Of a stretch of 42,457 nt of DNA, positions 21,132-29,804 are shown in pieces (position 1 is the stretch's first letter; each line of letters starts with the position of its first letter). A model generated the notes under the pieces. It searched no databases and was not told the DNA's origin. It saw nothing but the letters and a program-made list of their open reading frames with translations. The translations under genes were made by a program, and so were the position numbers. Source of the DNA: a virus; IMG/VR virus record IMGVR_UViG_3300045988_098704; one strand, 5' to 3'.

Positions 21132-21411
21132 CGAGGAGTTTGACCGGCTGCGCAGGAACCGTGTGGAGGTGTCGCATCACAAATACGGCCCGGCCCGGAA
21201 AAATTTCGGCGAGGGGCGGGTGGATGCCCTGGAGACGGCCCAACTGTGCCTGGACGCTTTCCACCGGGACCACAACACCGAGCACCTGGTGGACGCGGCC
21301 AACTATCTGATGTTCCGATGGATGTTCCCCATGCCCGGGGAGTTCTTCCGGGCAACAGGGAGCGGCGAGAGCGTGGGGACGGTGGGGACGCCGATCAACA
21401 TGGAGGACTGA
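21109..21411 (+). CDS. Hypothetical all-alpha protein
   Basis: ORF track, GAGGAG SD. Confidence 0.7.
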   Translation: MSANNDYSEEFDRLRRNRVEVSHHKYGPARKNFGEGRVDALETAQLCLDAFHRDHNTEHLVDAANYLMFRWMFPMPGEFFRATGSGESVGTVGTPINMED

Positions 21412-21415
21412 TTGT

Positions 21416-21721
21416 ATGAGTGACAATGACACGCTCCGCAGGATCGCGGAGCAGCTTGGACCGGAGGAGATCCTGTGTCAGTGCGCGGAGGAGTGCTCTG
21501 AGCTGGCCCAGGCGGTACTCAAGATGCGCAGGGTGCTGGTGGGAACCACACCGCTGACGCAAAGCGAGGCGCGGGTCCTTATCAATGAGGAGGTGGCCGA
21601 CGTGCTCAACTGCGTGGAGGCCCTGGAGGCCATCAGCTTTGTGGACCGGGGCCAGGTGGCGCGGATCCAGGCTGAGAAGCTGGAACGGTGGGACAGGCGG
21701 ACCAGGGAGGGCGTGACATGA
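21416..21721 (+). CDS. MazG-like nucleotide pyrophosphohydrolase
   Basis: CAEECSELAQAVLK ... INEEVADVLNCVEAL (paired EExxE/EExxD helices). Confidence 0.7.
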   Translation: MSDNDTLRRIAEQLGPEEILCQCAEECSELAQAVLKMRRVLVGTTPLTQSEARVLINEEVADVLNCVEALEAISFVDRGQVARIQAEKLERWDRRTREGVT

Positions 21722-21903
21722 GCGGGATGCTGGACATAGAACGAGCGGCCCGGATGTGCCCACTTTGTGGAGAGGATAGCTATGTGTACGACACTCGGGA
21801 AACGCTGGAAGGGAAAATTGTTCGCCGGAGGAGATGTTCAGCGTGTGGAGCACAGTTTGAGACAGAAGAGACATTCATACGATTCCTGCCCGAAAAAAAT
21901 TAA
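21718..21903 (+). CDS. NrdR-type zinc-ribbon protein lacking an ATP-cone (candidate late regulator)
   Basis: ATG at 21718. CPLCGEDSYVYDTRETLEGKIVRRRRCSACGAQFETEE parallels the NrdR N-terminal zinc ribbon. Confidence 0.65.
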   Translation: MSGMLDIERAARMCPLCGEDSYVYDTRETLEGKIVRRRRCSACGAQFETEETFIRFLPEKN

Positions 21904-21960
21904 AAAAATTTTTGAAAATCCTAGATATAGGGGACAGGACTCAAAATACATGAGAAAATT

Positions 21961-21997
21961 GGGGTGGGTAGGGATACCCACCCCCTTCTTTCTTCTG
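21961..21997 (+). terminator. Rho-independent terminator separating early and late regions
   Basis: ggggtgggta / tacccacccc 10-bp stem, GGGA loop, then cttctttcttct. Confidence 0.75.
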
Positions 21998-22000
21998 CCC

Positions 22001-22143
22001 GGCTCCGTGGCGAAAAACGGGCCATCCTAACCAATAGCCGCCCCGATCCGCACAAGGGGCGGCAGATATGCCGCAGGTGAGAACCAGCCCATGATCCGGG
22101 CCGGAGGGCCGCACCCTCTATGCGGCACCGAATGAATCATGGG
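22001..22143 (+). other. GC-rich multi-hairpin leader upstream of terS (candidate regulatory RNA or packaging-related structure)
   Basis: Hairpins at 22001-22023, 22037-22063 (8 bp gccgcccc/ggggcggc), a competing one at 22059-22074 (gcggca/tgccgc), and 22088-22143 (cccatgat/atcatggg enclosing gccgca/tgcggc). Confidence 0.3.
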
Positions 22144-22206
22144 TGAGCCCGTCTCGCTGAAAAGATGGGAGGGTGGGATCTGGGAATAAAATGATGAGGT
22201 GGTGGC

Positions 22207-22746
22207 ATGGCTGTACGGTTGACGGATAGGCAACAACGATTTGTTGCGGAATATTTAATAGACCTTAACGCGACACAAGCGGCTATCCGGGCTGGATACA
22301 GCAAGAAGACCGCCGACAGGATCGGGCCGGAGCTGCTTGGGAAAACTTGTGTTTCGGAAGCGATACAGGCAGCAAAAGCGGCCAGAAGCAAAAGGACAGA
22401 GATTACACAAGACCGCGTTCTGGAGGAATATGCGAGAATTGCGTTCTTTGACCCGAGGAAAATGTTTGATGCAGAGGGCAACCCACTGAACATTTCAGAA
22501 CTGGATGACGATACCGCAGCGGCGGTTGCCGGTCTGGAGGTCATAAAAGAGGTTGACCCAGACACGGGAGTTACCTCATACACAAAGAAATATAAAATCA
22601 CGAACAAACTGGGAGCGCTGGATAGTGTCGCAAAGCACCTCGGAATGCTCAACGGAACATTTGGAGCGCCGAAGGATGAGACGAAAGAGGACGGGCTCAG
22701 CCAGAGCCTGCGGGAATTGGCGGAGGAGTTGGAGAGCGATGATTAG
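22207..22746 (+). CDS. terS: Terminase small subunit (Terminase_2-like)
   Basis: LTDRQQRFVAEYLIDLNATQAAIRAGYSKKTA is the family hallmark. Confidence 0.9.
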   Translation: MAVRLTDRQQRFVAEYLIDLNATQAAIRAGYSKKTADRIGPELLGKTCVSEAIQAAKAARSKRTEITQDRVLEEYARIAFFDPRKMFDAEGNPLNISELDDDTAAAVAGLEVIKEVDPDTGVTSYTKKYKITNKLGALDSVAKHLGMLNGTFGAPKDETKEDGLSQSLRELAEELESDD

Positions 22747-23941
22747 CCCAAAGCAACGAAAAATCCTCGCATTCCCATACTCTCGCTACGACGCCATCAT
22801 CTGTGACGGCGCTGTCCGTTCTGGCAAGACTTCTATCATGATGTGGGCTTTTGTGGACTGGGCCATGCGGCAGTTCAGCGGCCAGCGGTTCGGCATCTGC
22901 GGCAAGACTGTGGATTCGGCGTCGAAGAATATTGTGGTCCCGTTCATCTCCATGAACCTCGCCAAGGAGCGCTACACCATGCGCTGGCGGCGGGCGGACA
23001 AAGTGCTGGAGGTCCGGCGGGGCGCTGTGACCAACTACTTCGAGGTGTTCGGCGGCAAGGATGAGAGCAGTTTCACACTGATCCAGGGCCGCACACTGGC
23101 CGGCGTGCTGCTGGACGAGGTGGCGCTGATGCCCCGCAGCTTCGTGGAGCAGGCGTTGACCCGCTGCTCTGTGGATGGAGCCAAACTGTGGTTCTCCTGC
23201 AACCCAGAGAGTCCGCAGCATTGGTTTTATTTGGAGTGGATCAAGCGGCACAAGGAGCGAAACGCCCTGTACCTGCACTTCGAGATGACGGACAACCCCG
23301 GCCTGAGCGCCAAGACCATCGAGCGCTATCAGACTATGTTCACTGGCGTATTCTACGACCGGTACATCCGTGGCCTATGGGTACTGGCCGAGGGCCTTGT
23401 CTATGACTTCTTCGGCGAGGAGCAGATCGTGGACGTGGAGCCGGAGAATGGCCGATATTATATCTCCGTAGACTATGGCACGCTGAACCCCTTCTCCGCT
23501 GGCCTGTGGTGTGTCACAAAAGACCAGGCGGTCAGAGTAGATGAATACTACTATTCCGGGCGTGAAATGACCGGGCAGAAAACCGATGAAGAATACTACG
23601 AAAAGCTGCAGGAGCTGGCTACCGGCCATCGTATAGACTATGTCGTTATTGACCCATCAGCGGCGTCGTTTATTACAACTGTATTCAGACACGGAGAGTT
23701 CCGCGTTGTAAAAGCAAAAAACGAAGTGCTGGATGGGATCAGGCAGACGGCGGTGTATTTGAGGATGGGTCGTGTAAAAATCCACAGGCGGTGCAAGGAT
23801 GCAATTCGGGAGTTTGGCCTGTATCGGTGGGACGAGAAGTCCACAGAGGACAAGCCCATCAAAGAGAACGACCACGCCATGGATGATATTCGGTATTTTT
23901 GCCGTACGATTTTAGCGAGAAAATTCCCTGTAAAGAGGTGA
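22739..23941 (+). CDS. terL: Terminase large subunit (PBSX/SPP1-type)
   Basis: ATG at 22739, in frame with ORF 22553..23941. Walker A GAVRSGKTS; LLDEVA Walker B; C-terminal nuclease ENDHAMDDIRY. Confidence 0.95.
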   Translation: MISPKQRKILAFPYSRYDAIICDGAVRSGKTSIMMWAFVDWAMRQFSGQRFGICGKTVDSASKNIVVPFISMNLAKERYTMRWRRADKVLEVRRGAVTNYFEVFGGKDESSFTLIQGRTLAGVLLDEVALMPRSFVEQALTRCSVDGAKLWFSCNPESPQHWFYLEWIKRHKERNALYLHFEMTDNPGLSAKTIERYQTMFTGVFYDRYIRGLWVLAEGLVYDFFGEEQIVDVEPENGRYYISVDYGTLNPFSAGLWCVTKDQAVRVDEYYYSGREMTGQKTDEEYYEKLQELATGHRIDYVVIDPSAASFITTVFRHGEFRVVKAKNEVLDGIRQTAVYLRMGRVKIHRRCKDAIREFGLYRWDEKSTEDKPIKENDHAMDDIRYFCRTILARKFPVKR

Positions 23942-23948
23942 TGCCAGA

Positions 23949-25370
23949 TTGAACATCATTGAAAAGCTAAAATCCCTTGGCTATGTTACAATTCCGGAGG
24001 AGTTTTACCGCAAGGTGGGCGAGTGGAAGAGTTGGTATCAAGGGGACGTTAAGGGCTTCCACCAGTACAAGGTCAGGAATGGACACAATACGGTTCGCTG
24101 CCGCCGGTATTCTCTTGGGATGGGGAAGAAGATCCCGGAAGACTGGGCAAACCTACTGATGAATGAAAAAGTAGGTATTACCTTGGAGGGGAAGAAGGAG
24201 CAGGAATTTGTTGATCGTGTTCTTGAGGAAAACAATTTTCTGGTTAAGGCAAATGAGATGCAGGAACTGGCCTTTGCACTGGGAACAGTAGCCTTCATCC
24301 CCCGTGTGGTTGGGATGGAGATCACAGAGGCGGGGCCGACGCCCGGAAGCGCAGCTGGGATCGATCTTGACTATGTAACGGTGGAAAACATCTGGCCTTT
24401 GGCGTGGAAGAACGGAACTATTACCGAGTGCGCCTTTTCCAGCATTGTTACCGTAAACGGCGAATCCTACTGCTATCTCCAAATCCACCACAAAGTTAAC
24501 GGGCTGTATGACATCGATAACCGGATCTATCGCTATCGAAACGATAATCTTGACAACGAAGTCAACCTAGCTGATGTGAACGGGTTTGAGCGCGTCCCCC
24601 CTGTGGTACATACCAAAACAGACCGTCGCCAATTCGTGATTGACCGGCCTAATATCGCAAACAACTTTGACTATTCTGTTCCGCTCGGGATTTCTGTCTA
24701 CGCAAATGCTGTGGATGTGCTGCGGGGCGTGGATATTTCCTATGACAGCTATGTCAATGAGTTCGCCCTGGGGAAGAAGCGGATCATGGTCAAGCCGTCT
24801 GCGACCGAGTATCTGGACGGAGAGCCGATCTTTGACGCAGACGATGTTGTGTTTTATGTTCTGCCGGAAGACTTGCAAGATGGGGCGGTGATTACGCCCA
24901 TCGATATGACACTTCGCACGGAAGAGCATAATACTGGCATACAGGACCAGTTGAATCTTCTGTCCAGCAAGTGCGGCTTTGGTGAAACATATTACCGGTT
25001 CAACGGTGGCAGTGTTGCAACAGCCACCCAGGTTATCAGTGAGAATTCCACCATGTTCCGTACCATCAAGAAACATGAAATCGTGCTGGAGCAGGTACTG
25101 GTGGAGCTGTGTCGTATAATTCTCCATCTGGGCAATGAAGCCATGAACGCCGGATTGGATGAAGATGTGGAAATCTCTATTGACTTTGATGACTCCATCA
25201 TCGAAGACAAGACCGCCGAACGGAACAATGACCGTCAGGACCTTGCGGCCGGCATCATGAATGACTGGGAGTATCGGGCGAAGTGGTACAACGAGGACGA
25301 GGCCACGGCAAAGGCGGCGCTTCCAAAGATGGAGGATATGGCGACTGAGGAACAGGATGAAGTCGAATGA
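23949..25370 (+). CDS. Portal protein (SPP1 Gp6-like)
   Basis: Position after terL, 473 aa, N-terminal EWKSWYQGDVKGFH pattern. TTG start with GAGGTG SD. Confidence 0.9.
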   Translation: MNIIEKLKSLGYVTIPEEFYRKVGEWKSWYQGDVKGFHQYKVRNGHNTVRCRRYSLGMGKKIPEDWANLLMNEKVGITLEGKKEQEFVDRVLEENNFLVKANEMQELAFALGTVAFIPRVVGMEITEAGPTPGSAAGIDLDYVTVENIWPLAWKNGTITECAFSSIVTVNGESYCYLQIHHKVNGLYDIDNRIYRYRNDNLDNEVNLADVNGFERVPPVVHTKTDRRQFVIDRPNIANNFDYSVPLGISVYANAVDVLRGVDISYDSYVNEFALGKKRIMVKPSATEYLDGEPIFDADDVVFYVLPEDLQDGAVITPIDMTLRTEEHNTGIQDQLNLLSSKCGFGETYYRFNGGSVATATQVISENSTMFRTIKKHEIVLEQVLVELCRIILHLGNEAMNAGLDEDVEISIDFDDSIIEDKTAERNNDRQDLAAGIMNDWEYRAKWYNEDEATAKAALPKMEDMATEEQDEVE

Positions 25371-27103
25371 GATACCCGTTTCAACCGGAATTCCTTGACA
25401 CACTCCCAGAAGAACTGGCGGAGCTATACCGTGATTTGGAAACTACGCTGCTTGAAGAGATTTGCTCCCGACTGAAGCTGGCGGATCAGTTGAACGAGGT
25501 CACTGTACAGGACATCCGGGCGCTGCGGTCCCACAGCATCAGCCTGGAGGAAATCGAAAAGGCGATTCAGAAGACGGCGGGGATCAGCAAACAGAAGCTG
25601 AACCAGCTCCTTGACGATGTGGTTGCCCGGAACCAGCAGTATTATCGGGAGGTCATCGACCTGGCGGGGCTAACACAGCCGGAGACGCTGGTAAATGTTG
25701 AAGACACTTGGGCAATCTACGAGCAGACAAAGCAGACCTTCCGCAACCTCACCCGGTCTATGGGTTTCTTGGTGGATAATGGGCGGATGGTGCTGCCCCC
25801 GGCCAGAGCCTACCAGTGGGCGCTGGACCGGGCAGAGATGGAGGTTATGAGCGGGGCCATCTCCTATAATCAGGCCATTAGTGGAGCGGTCAAGCAGCTG
25901 GCAGACGGCGGTCTTCGGGTTGTGGACTATGAGAGCGGCCACCGGGACCATATCGACGTTGCCGCCCGACGGGCTGTGATGACCGGCGTATCTCAGTTGT
26001 GCGCCAGATACACGGAGCAGAGCGCGGAATACCTTGGGACGCCCCATTTTGAGGTGTCAGCCCACAGTGGGGCCAGAGATACAGGCGTAGCGTGGCAGAA
26101 CCACAAAGCATGGCAGGGCCGGGTATACTCCACCCGAACCGGGGATAAATACCCCAGTATCTATGAGGTGTGCGGCCTGGGTTATGTGGACGGCCTGGAG
26201 GGAGCCAACTGCCGCCACCGCAGATACCCGTTTGTGGATGGCGTATCCGAGCGGACATACACCGATGAACAGTTGGCCCATATCGACGACCATCTGGGCT
26301 GCGAATATGAGGGACGGCATTACACGGCCTATGAGGCCACCCAGCAGCAGAGGCGGATAGAGCGGACGGTGAGGGCGATCAAGCGCAGGAAGGTCGCTCA
26401 AAAGGCTGCAGGGCTGGCAGAGGACGCCACGGCGACACAGTCCAGAATTAACCGGCTGACCAAGAAATACAGGGAATTCAGCAAAGCGGCGGGGCTGCCG
26501 TTGCAGATGGATAGGATGCGTATCATAGACAAAGGAAATTACGCAAAACCTCCAACGGCTCATGTTCCTCCAACAGTGCAGAAAAATTTGCCCCTTTCAG
26601 GGCAAAAAGAAAAATATACAGATGTTACAGCACAATGGAGGGAAACCGCAACCCCAAACAGCCACCAGTTGCAAGACCTCCAAGAATACACAACAGGCGG
26701 CGTTACATACAAAGTGGACGGCCACAATGTGGTCCTTGATTATTCTCCTCATGAAAAAGAAATTGCCGAACTCCTTGAACGGGAGTTCGGCGGGGAGCTG
26801 TATATGGTTCCTAGGGTCAACAATCCTCAGGGGATCTCAACACCAGATTATTTATTTAGGGGGAACGGCTATGACTTAAAAACGATTGGAGAAAAAGCAG
26901 GGCCAAATACGATATTTAACCGCATAAAAAAAGCGGCAAAACAGGCGCAAAATTTTATTGTTGATGTAAGCATATCTGGACTCTCGGATAAAGAAGTTGA
27001 TAAGCAGATTGAGAAGCTGTTTGACCGCGCTGATACTGGGTGGCTGGAAAAAATTATTGTTGTTAGAGATAACCGGATTGTTAAAGTGGTAAAAAGGGCA
27101 TGA
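25367..27103 (+). CDS. Minor head protein (SPP1 gp7 / MuF-like) fused to a lower-GC C-terminal domain with a PD-(D/E)xK-like motif
   Basis: Position after the portal. SAHSGARDTGVAWQNHKAWQGRVYS...GANCRHRRYPF core. C-terminal ISTPDYLFRGNGYDLKT. Confidence 0.85.
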   Translation: MRYPFQPEFLDTLPEELAELYRDLETTLLEEICSRLKLADQLNEVTVQDIRALRSHSISLEEIEKAIQKTAGISKQKLNQLLDDVVARNQQYYREVIDLAGLTQPETLVNVEDTWAIYEQTKQTFRNLTRSMGFLVDNGRMVLPPARAYQWALDRAEMEVMSGAISYNQAISGAVKQLADGGLRVVDYESGHRDHIDVAARRAVMTGVSQLCARYTEQSAEYLGTPHFEVSAHSGARDTGVAWQNHKAWQGRVYSTRTGDKYPSIYEVCGLGYVDGLEGANCRHRRYPFVDGVSERTYTDEQLAHIDDHLGCEYEGRHYTAYEATQQQRRIERTVRAIKRRKVAQKAAGLAEDATATQSRINRLTKKYREFSKAAGLPLQMDRMRIIDKGNYAKPPTAHVPPTVQKNLPLSGQKEKYTDVTAQWRETATPNSHQLQDLQEYTTGGVTYKVDGHNVVLDYSPHEKEIAELLEREFGGELYMVPRVNNPQGISTPDYLFRGNGYDLKTIGEKAGPNTIFNRIKKAAKQAQNFIVDVSISGLSDKEVDKQIEKLFDRADTGWLEKIIVVRDNRIVKVVKRA

Positions 27104-27311
27104 AAAAAGCCGACACACCATCTCGCCCTTCAAAGAAGGGGTCGTGGACAGCGACCGGCTCTTGTCTATTATATACCACAAACGCAAGGAAAATGCAAGT
27201 GAATTATGGCCAACGGGCCTTTGTCAGAGAAGACATAAAAACCCAAACGGCAGAGAAGCCGGAAATCCCAAAAAGACAGAGAAGTCTTAAAAACCCAAAG
27301 GAGAAATTGAT

Positions 27312-27791
27312 ATGGCAACGATTGACACCAGCGCGATTGAGGGCTTTGACGGCATGACAGCAGACGAGAAGGTCACTGCGTTGCTGGGGCTGCAAATCCC
27401 CGATGCGGTAGACCTGAGCGGCTATGTGGCAAAGAGCGTGTTTGATACCAAGGCCACTGAGGCGGCGAACCTCTCAAAGCAGCTCAAGGCAAAAATAACC
27501 GAGGCGGAGACAGCAACTGGGGCATTGACCACCGCACAAGCTGAATTGGAGACACTGAAACGCAGCAACTACCTCGCATCCAAGGGCCTGGCCGGCGAGG
27601 AAGCGGAGTTTATCGCCTTCAAGGCCGGGAAGATGGTGGACGACAAGACCACCTTTGAGCAAGCTGTGGACACTTTGACCGCCGACCGGAAGAAAACCAC
27701 ATTCGACTGGACCGCCCCGCTGGGCGGGGACGACAAAAAGCATGGAGCAAATGACGCAATGAACGCCCTGATTCGTGGCGCGTTCAAATAA
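27312..27791 (+). CDS. Scaffolding protein
   Basis: Position before the capsid gene, helical and acidic composition, AAAGGAG SD. Confidence 0.8.
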   Translation: MATIDTSAIEGFDGMTADEKVTALLGLQIPDAVDLSGYVAKSVFDTKATEAANLSKQLKAKITEAETATGALTTAQAELETLKRSNYLASKGLAGEEAEFIAFKAGKMVDDKTTFEQAVDTLTADRKKTTFDWTAPLGGDDKKHGANDAMNALIRGAFK

Positions 27792-27806
27792 GAAAGGAGA
27801 TTATAA

Positions 27807-28769
27807 ATGCCTGCTATTGATAGAACCAATCTTTCCGGGCTAATCCCGGAGCCTGTAACCCGTGAGATCATCCAGGGTGCCGTGGCAGAGTCCGCCGTGC
27901 TGCGGATGGCCAGACGGCTGCCCAACATGACCTCAAAGACCCAGACACTGAACGTGCTGGACGCCCTGCCCACCGCCTACTTTGTGAACGGTGAGGCCAC
28001 CACCACCGGCGCGGAGCAGGCCGCTTTCAAGCAGACAACCAGCATGGCCTGGGATAAGAAGAAAATCCACGCCGAGGAGATCGCCGTGATTGTCCCCATC
28101 CCTGAGGCTGTTTTAGACGATTCCGATTATGACATCTGGGGTGAGGTCCGCCCCCGTTTGACCGAGGCGTTTGGCAAAGTCATTGACGCCGCCATTCTGT
28201 ATGGCACCAACAAGCCTACCTCCTGGCGCGATGGCCTGCTGGCATCTGCCACTACCGCCACCGCCACCGTAAAGGCCACCGACAACATCTATGATGACAT
28301 CATGGGTGAGGGCGGCGTGATCGCCAAGGTGGAGGAGAGCGGGTATATCCCAAACGGCGTTATGGCGGCAATCCAGCTGCGGTCTAAGCTCCGTGGCCTG
28401 AAGGACACCACAGGTCAGCCCATCTTCAAGACCGACATGCAGGGCAGCACGCGCTATGCCCTGGACGGCATGGATATGTATTTCCCCATCAACGGCGCAT
28501 TCGATCCCGCCAAGTCCCTGGCCATTGTTGGAGACTGGAGCCAGCTGGTCTATTCCGTGCGTCAGGACATGACCTTCAAGATCTTCGACAGCGGTATCGT
28601 GCAAGACCCAGCCACTAAGGCTATCCTATATAACCTGATGCAGAACGACATGGTCGCCCTCCGTGCAGTCATGCGGCTGGGCTGGGAGATCCCCAATCCC
28701 ATTAACGCCTTTAATGTGGGCAACAACAAGGCTTTCCCGTTTGCTGTTTACGAGCCCGCGGGGGGTTAA
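27807..28769 (+). CDS. Major capsid protein (HK97 fold)
   Basis: 320 aa, in the expected position. ALPTAYFVNGEA...KIHAEEIAVIVPIPEAVLDDS pattern. Confidence 0.9.
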   Translation: MPAIDRTNLSGLIPEPVTREIIQGAVAESAVLRMARRLPNMTSKTQTLNVLDALPTAYFVNGEATTTGAEQAAFKQTTSMAWDKKKIHAEEIAVIVPIPEAVLDDSDYDIWGEVRPRLTEAFGKVIDAAILYGTNKPTSWRDGLLASATTATATVKATDNIYDDIMGEGGVIAKVEESGYIPNGVMAAIQLRSKLRGLKDTTGQPIFKTDMQGSTRYALDGMDMYFPINGAFDPAKSLAIVGDWSQLVYSVRQDMTFKIFDSGIVQDPATKAILYNLMQNDMVALRAVMRLGWEIPNPINAFNVGNNKAFPFAVYEPAGG

Positions 28770-28816
28770 CTGAACCGCTGAAAACAGCCTCGCTCCCTGC
28801 GCCCAGCCTGTCCAGC

Positions 28817-28927
28817 ATGACGAAGGCAGATCTGCTTTCCTATGCGGCAGGACTGGGTGCGGGGGGTGTCAGCGGCTCTATGAAAAAGGCTGAGATCCTT
28901 GCAGTGCTGAAGGAGGTGTCAGGGTGA
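28817..28927 (+). CDS. HeH/Rho-N (SAP-like) motif mini-protein, or a -1 frameshift extension of the capsid protein
   Basis: MTKADLLSYAAGLGAGGVSGSMKKAEILAVLKEVSG. No SD upstream. The frame is open back to the GGGGGGT run at the capsid stop. Confidence 0.45.
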   Translation: MTKADLLSYAAGLGAGGVSGSMKKAEILAVLKEVSG

Positions 28928-29385
28928 TTCCTTGTGTCAGCTATGAATTTTATACCGGGGTATACGGAGGGACGCGGATCCAAGCTGCCGATTTCCATCG
29001 CCTCATCACCCGGGCTCATAGCTTTCTGCGTTACTACACTATGGGGAGACCTGTTCCGGAGGCTCATGAGAATGAATGGCGTATGGCCTGCTGCGCTATA
29101 GCGGAGGAACAGCTGTCTATTGATGCGGCAAAGTCCATGGCACAAAAATCTCTGTCCGCAGCGCTGGAATCCAAGGGAGGGGAACTCCAAAGTCAAAGCG
29201 TGGGAAGCTGGTCAAAGACCTATCGAAGCGGAGGGGACAGCGCCAAGGAGGCTGCGGAAGTCGCTCGGGTGTCGGAGAGCGCGCTTGCTGCCGTGGCGCG
29301 GCTGTATTTGGGTCATGCAGGTCTCTTGTACCGTGGGAGGGGGTGCGCACATGGATATGTTTCCACATGTGGTGACGCTCTATAA
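28924..29385 (+). CDS. Head-tail connector (gp6/gp15-like DNA packaging protein)
   Basis: AGGAGG SD, GTG at 28924; synteny. Confidence 0.7.
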   Translation: MIPCVSYEFYTGVYGGTRIQAADFHRLITRAHSFLRYYTMGRPVPEAHENEWRMACCAIAEEQLSIDAAKSMAQKSLSAALESKGGELQSQSVGSWSKTYRSGGDSAKEAAEVARVSESALAAVARLYLGHAGLLYRGRGCAHGYVSTCGDAL

Positions 29386-29803
29386 CGTAGACACGGAAGA
29401 GAAACCCGAAAATGGGTTTGAGCCTACCCGGGTAAACCATATCACCATCCTGAGAGGTGTGCTTCTAGATGCTGTAAAGGCCAAGAACGTAAACGAAAGC
29501 GGCCTTGTAAATGCGGATTCTGTTACTCTTTATATTCCTATGGATGTAGAGGCCGTGGACGGCGTAACCGGAAGGCCAAAACAGTACAAAGGGCCCATTG
29601 AGTTTTGGAGGATGGAAGATAAAACCGGATATTGGACGCTCTCAACTGGTCAGAACACATTTTTTGTAAAGGGCGAGGCCGTTCACCTTGACTGGACATC
29701 CCAGAAAATAGACGCCACCTATGACAACGTGTACGACGTGAACATGGTTGATTTCAAGGACTTTGGCGGAGAGATGTCGCACTGGGAAGTCGGAGGGAAT
29801 TAA
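29351..29803 (+). CDS. Head-closure / minor capsid-like protein
   Basis: ATG at 29351, in frame with ORF 29120..29803; synteny. Confidence 0.7.
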   Translation: MDMFPHVVTLYNVDTEEKPENGFEPTRVNHITILRGVLLDAVKAKNVNESGLVNADSVTLYIPMDVEAVDGVTGRPKQYKGPIEFWRMEDKTGYWTLSTGQNTFFVKGEAVHLDWTSQKIDATYDNVYDVNMVDFKDFGGEMSHWEVGGN

Positions 29804-29804
29804 A

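Noticed and set aside
22186-22200. AUGAUGAG resembling the hammerhead ribozyme CUGAUGA core in the terS leader.
   Set aside because: The first core position is A rather than C. No GAAA element or three-stem junction could be arranged around it, and it overlaps the terS SD region.
27100-27357. 85-aa ORF immediately after the MuF-toxin-like gene, considered as an immunity protein.
   Set aside because: It overlaps the scaffold gene start in another frame, has no SD, and is Lys/Arg/Thr-rich with no hydrophobic core pattern. It is not convincing as a protein, and the lack of an immunity gene is reported as an open question instead.
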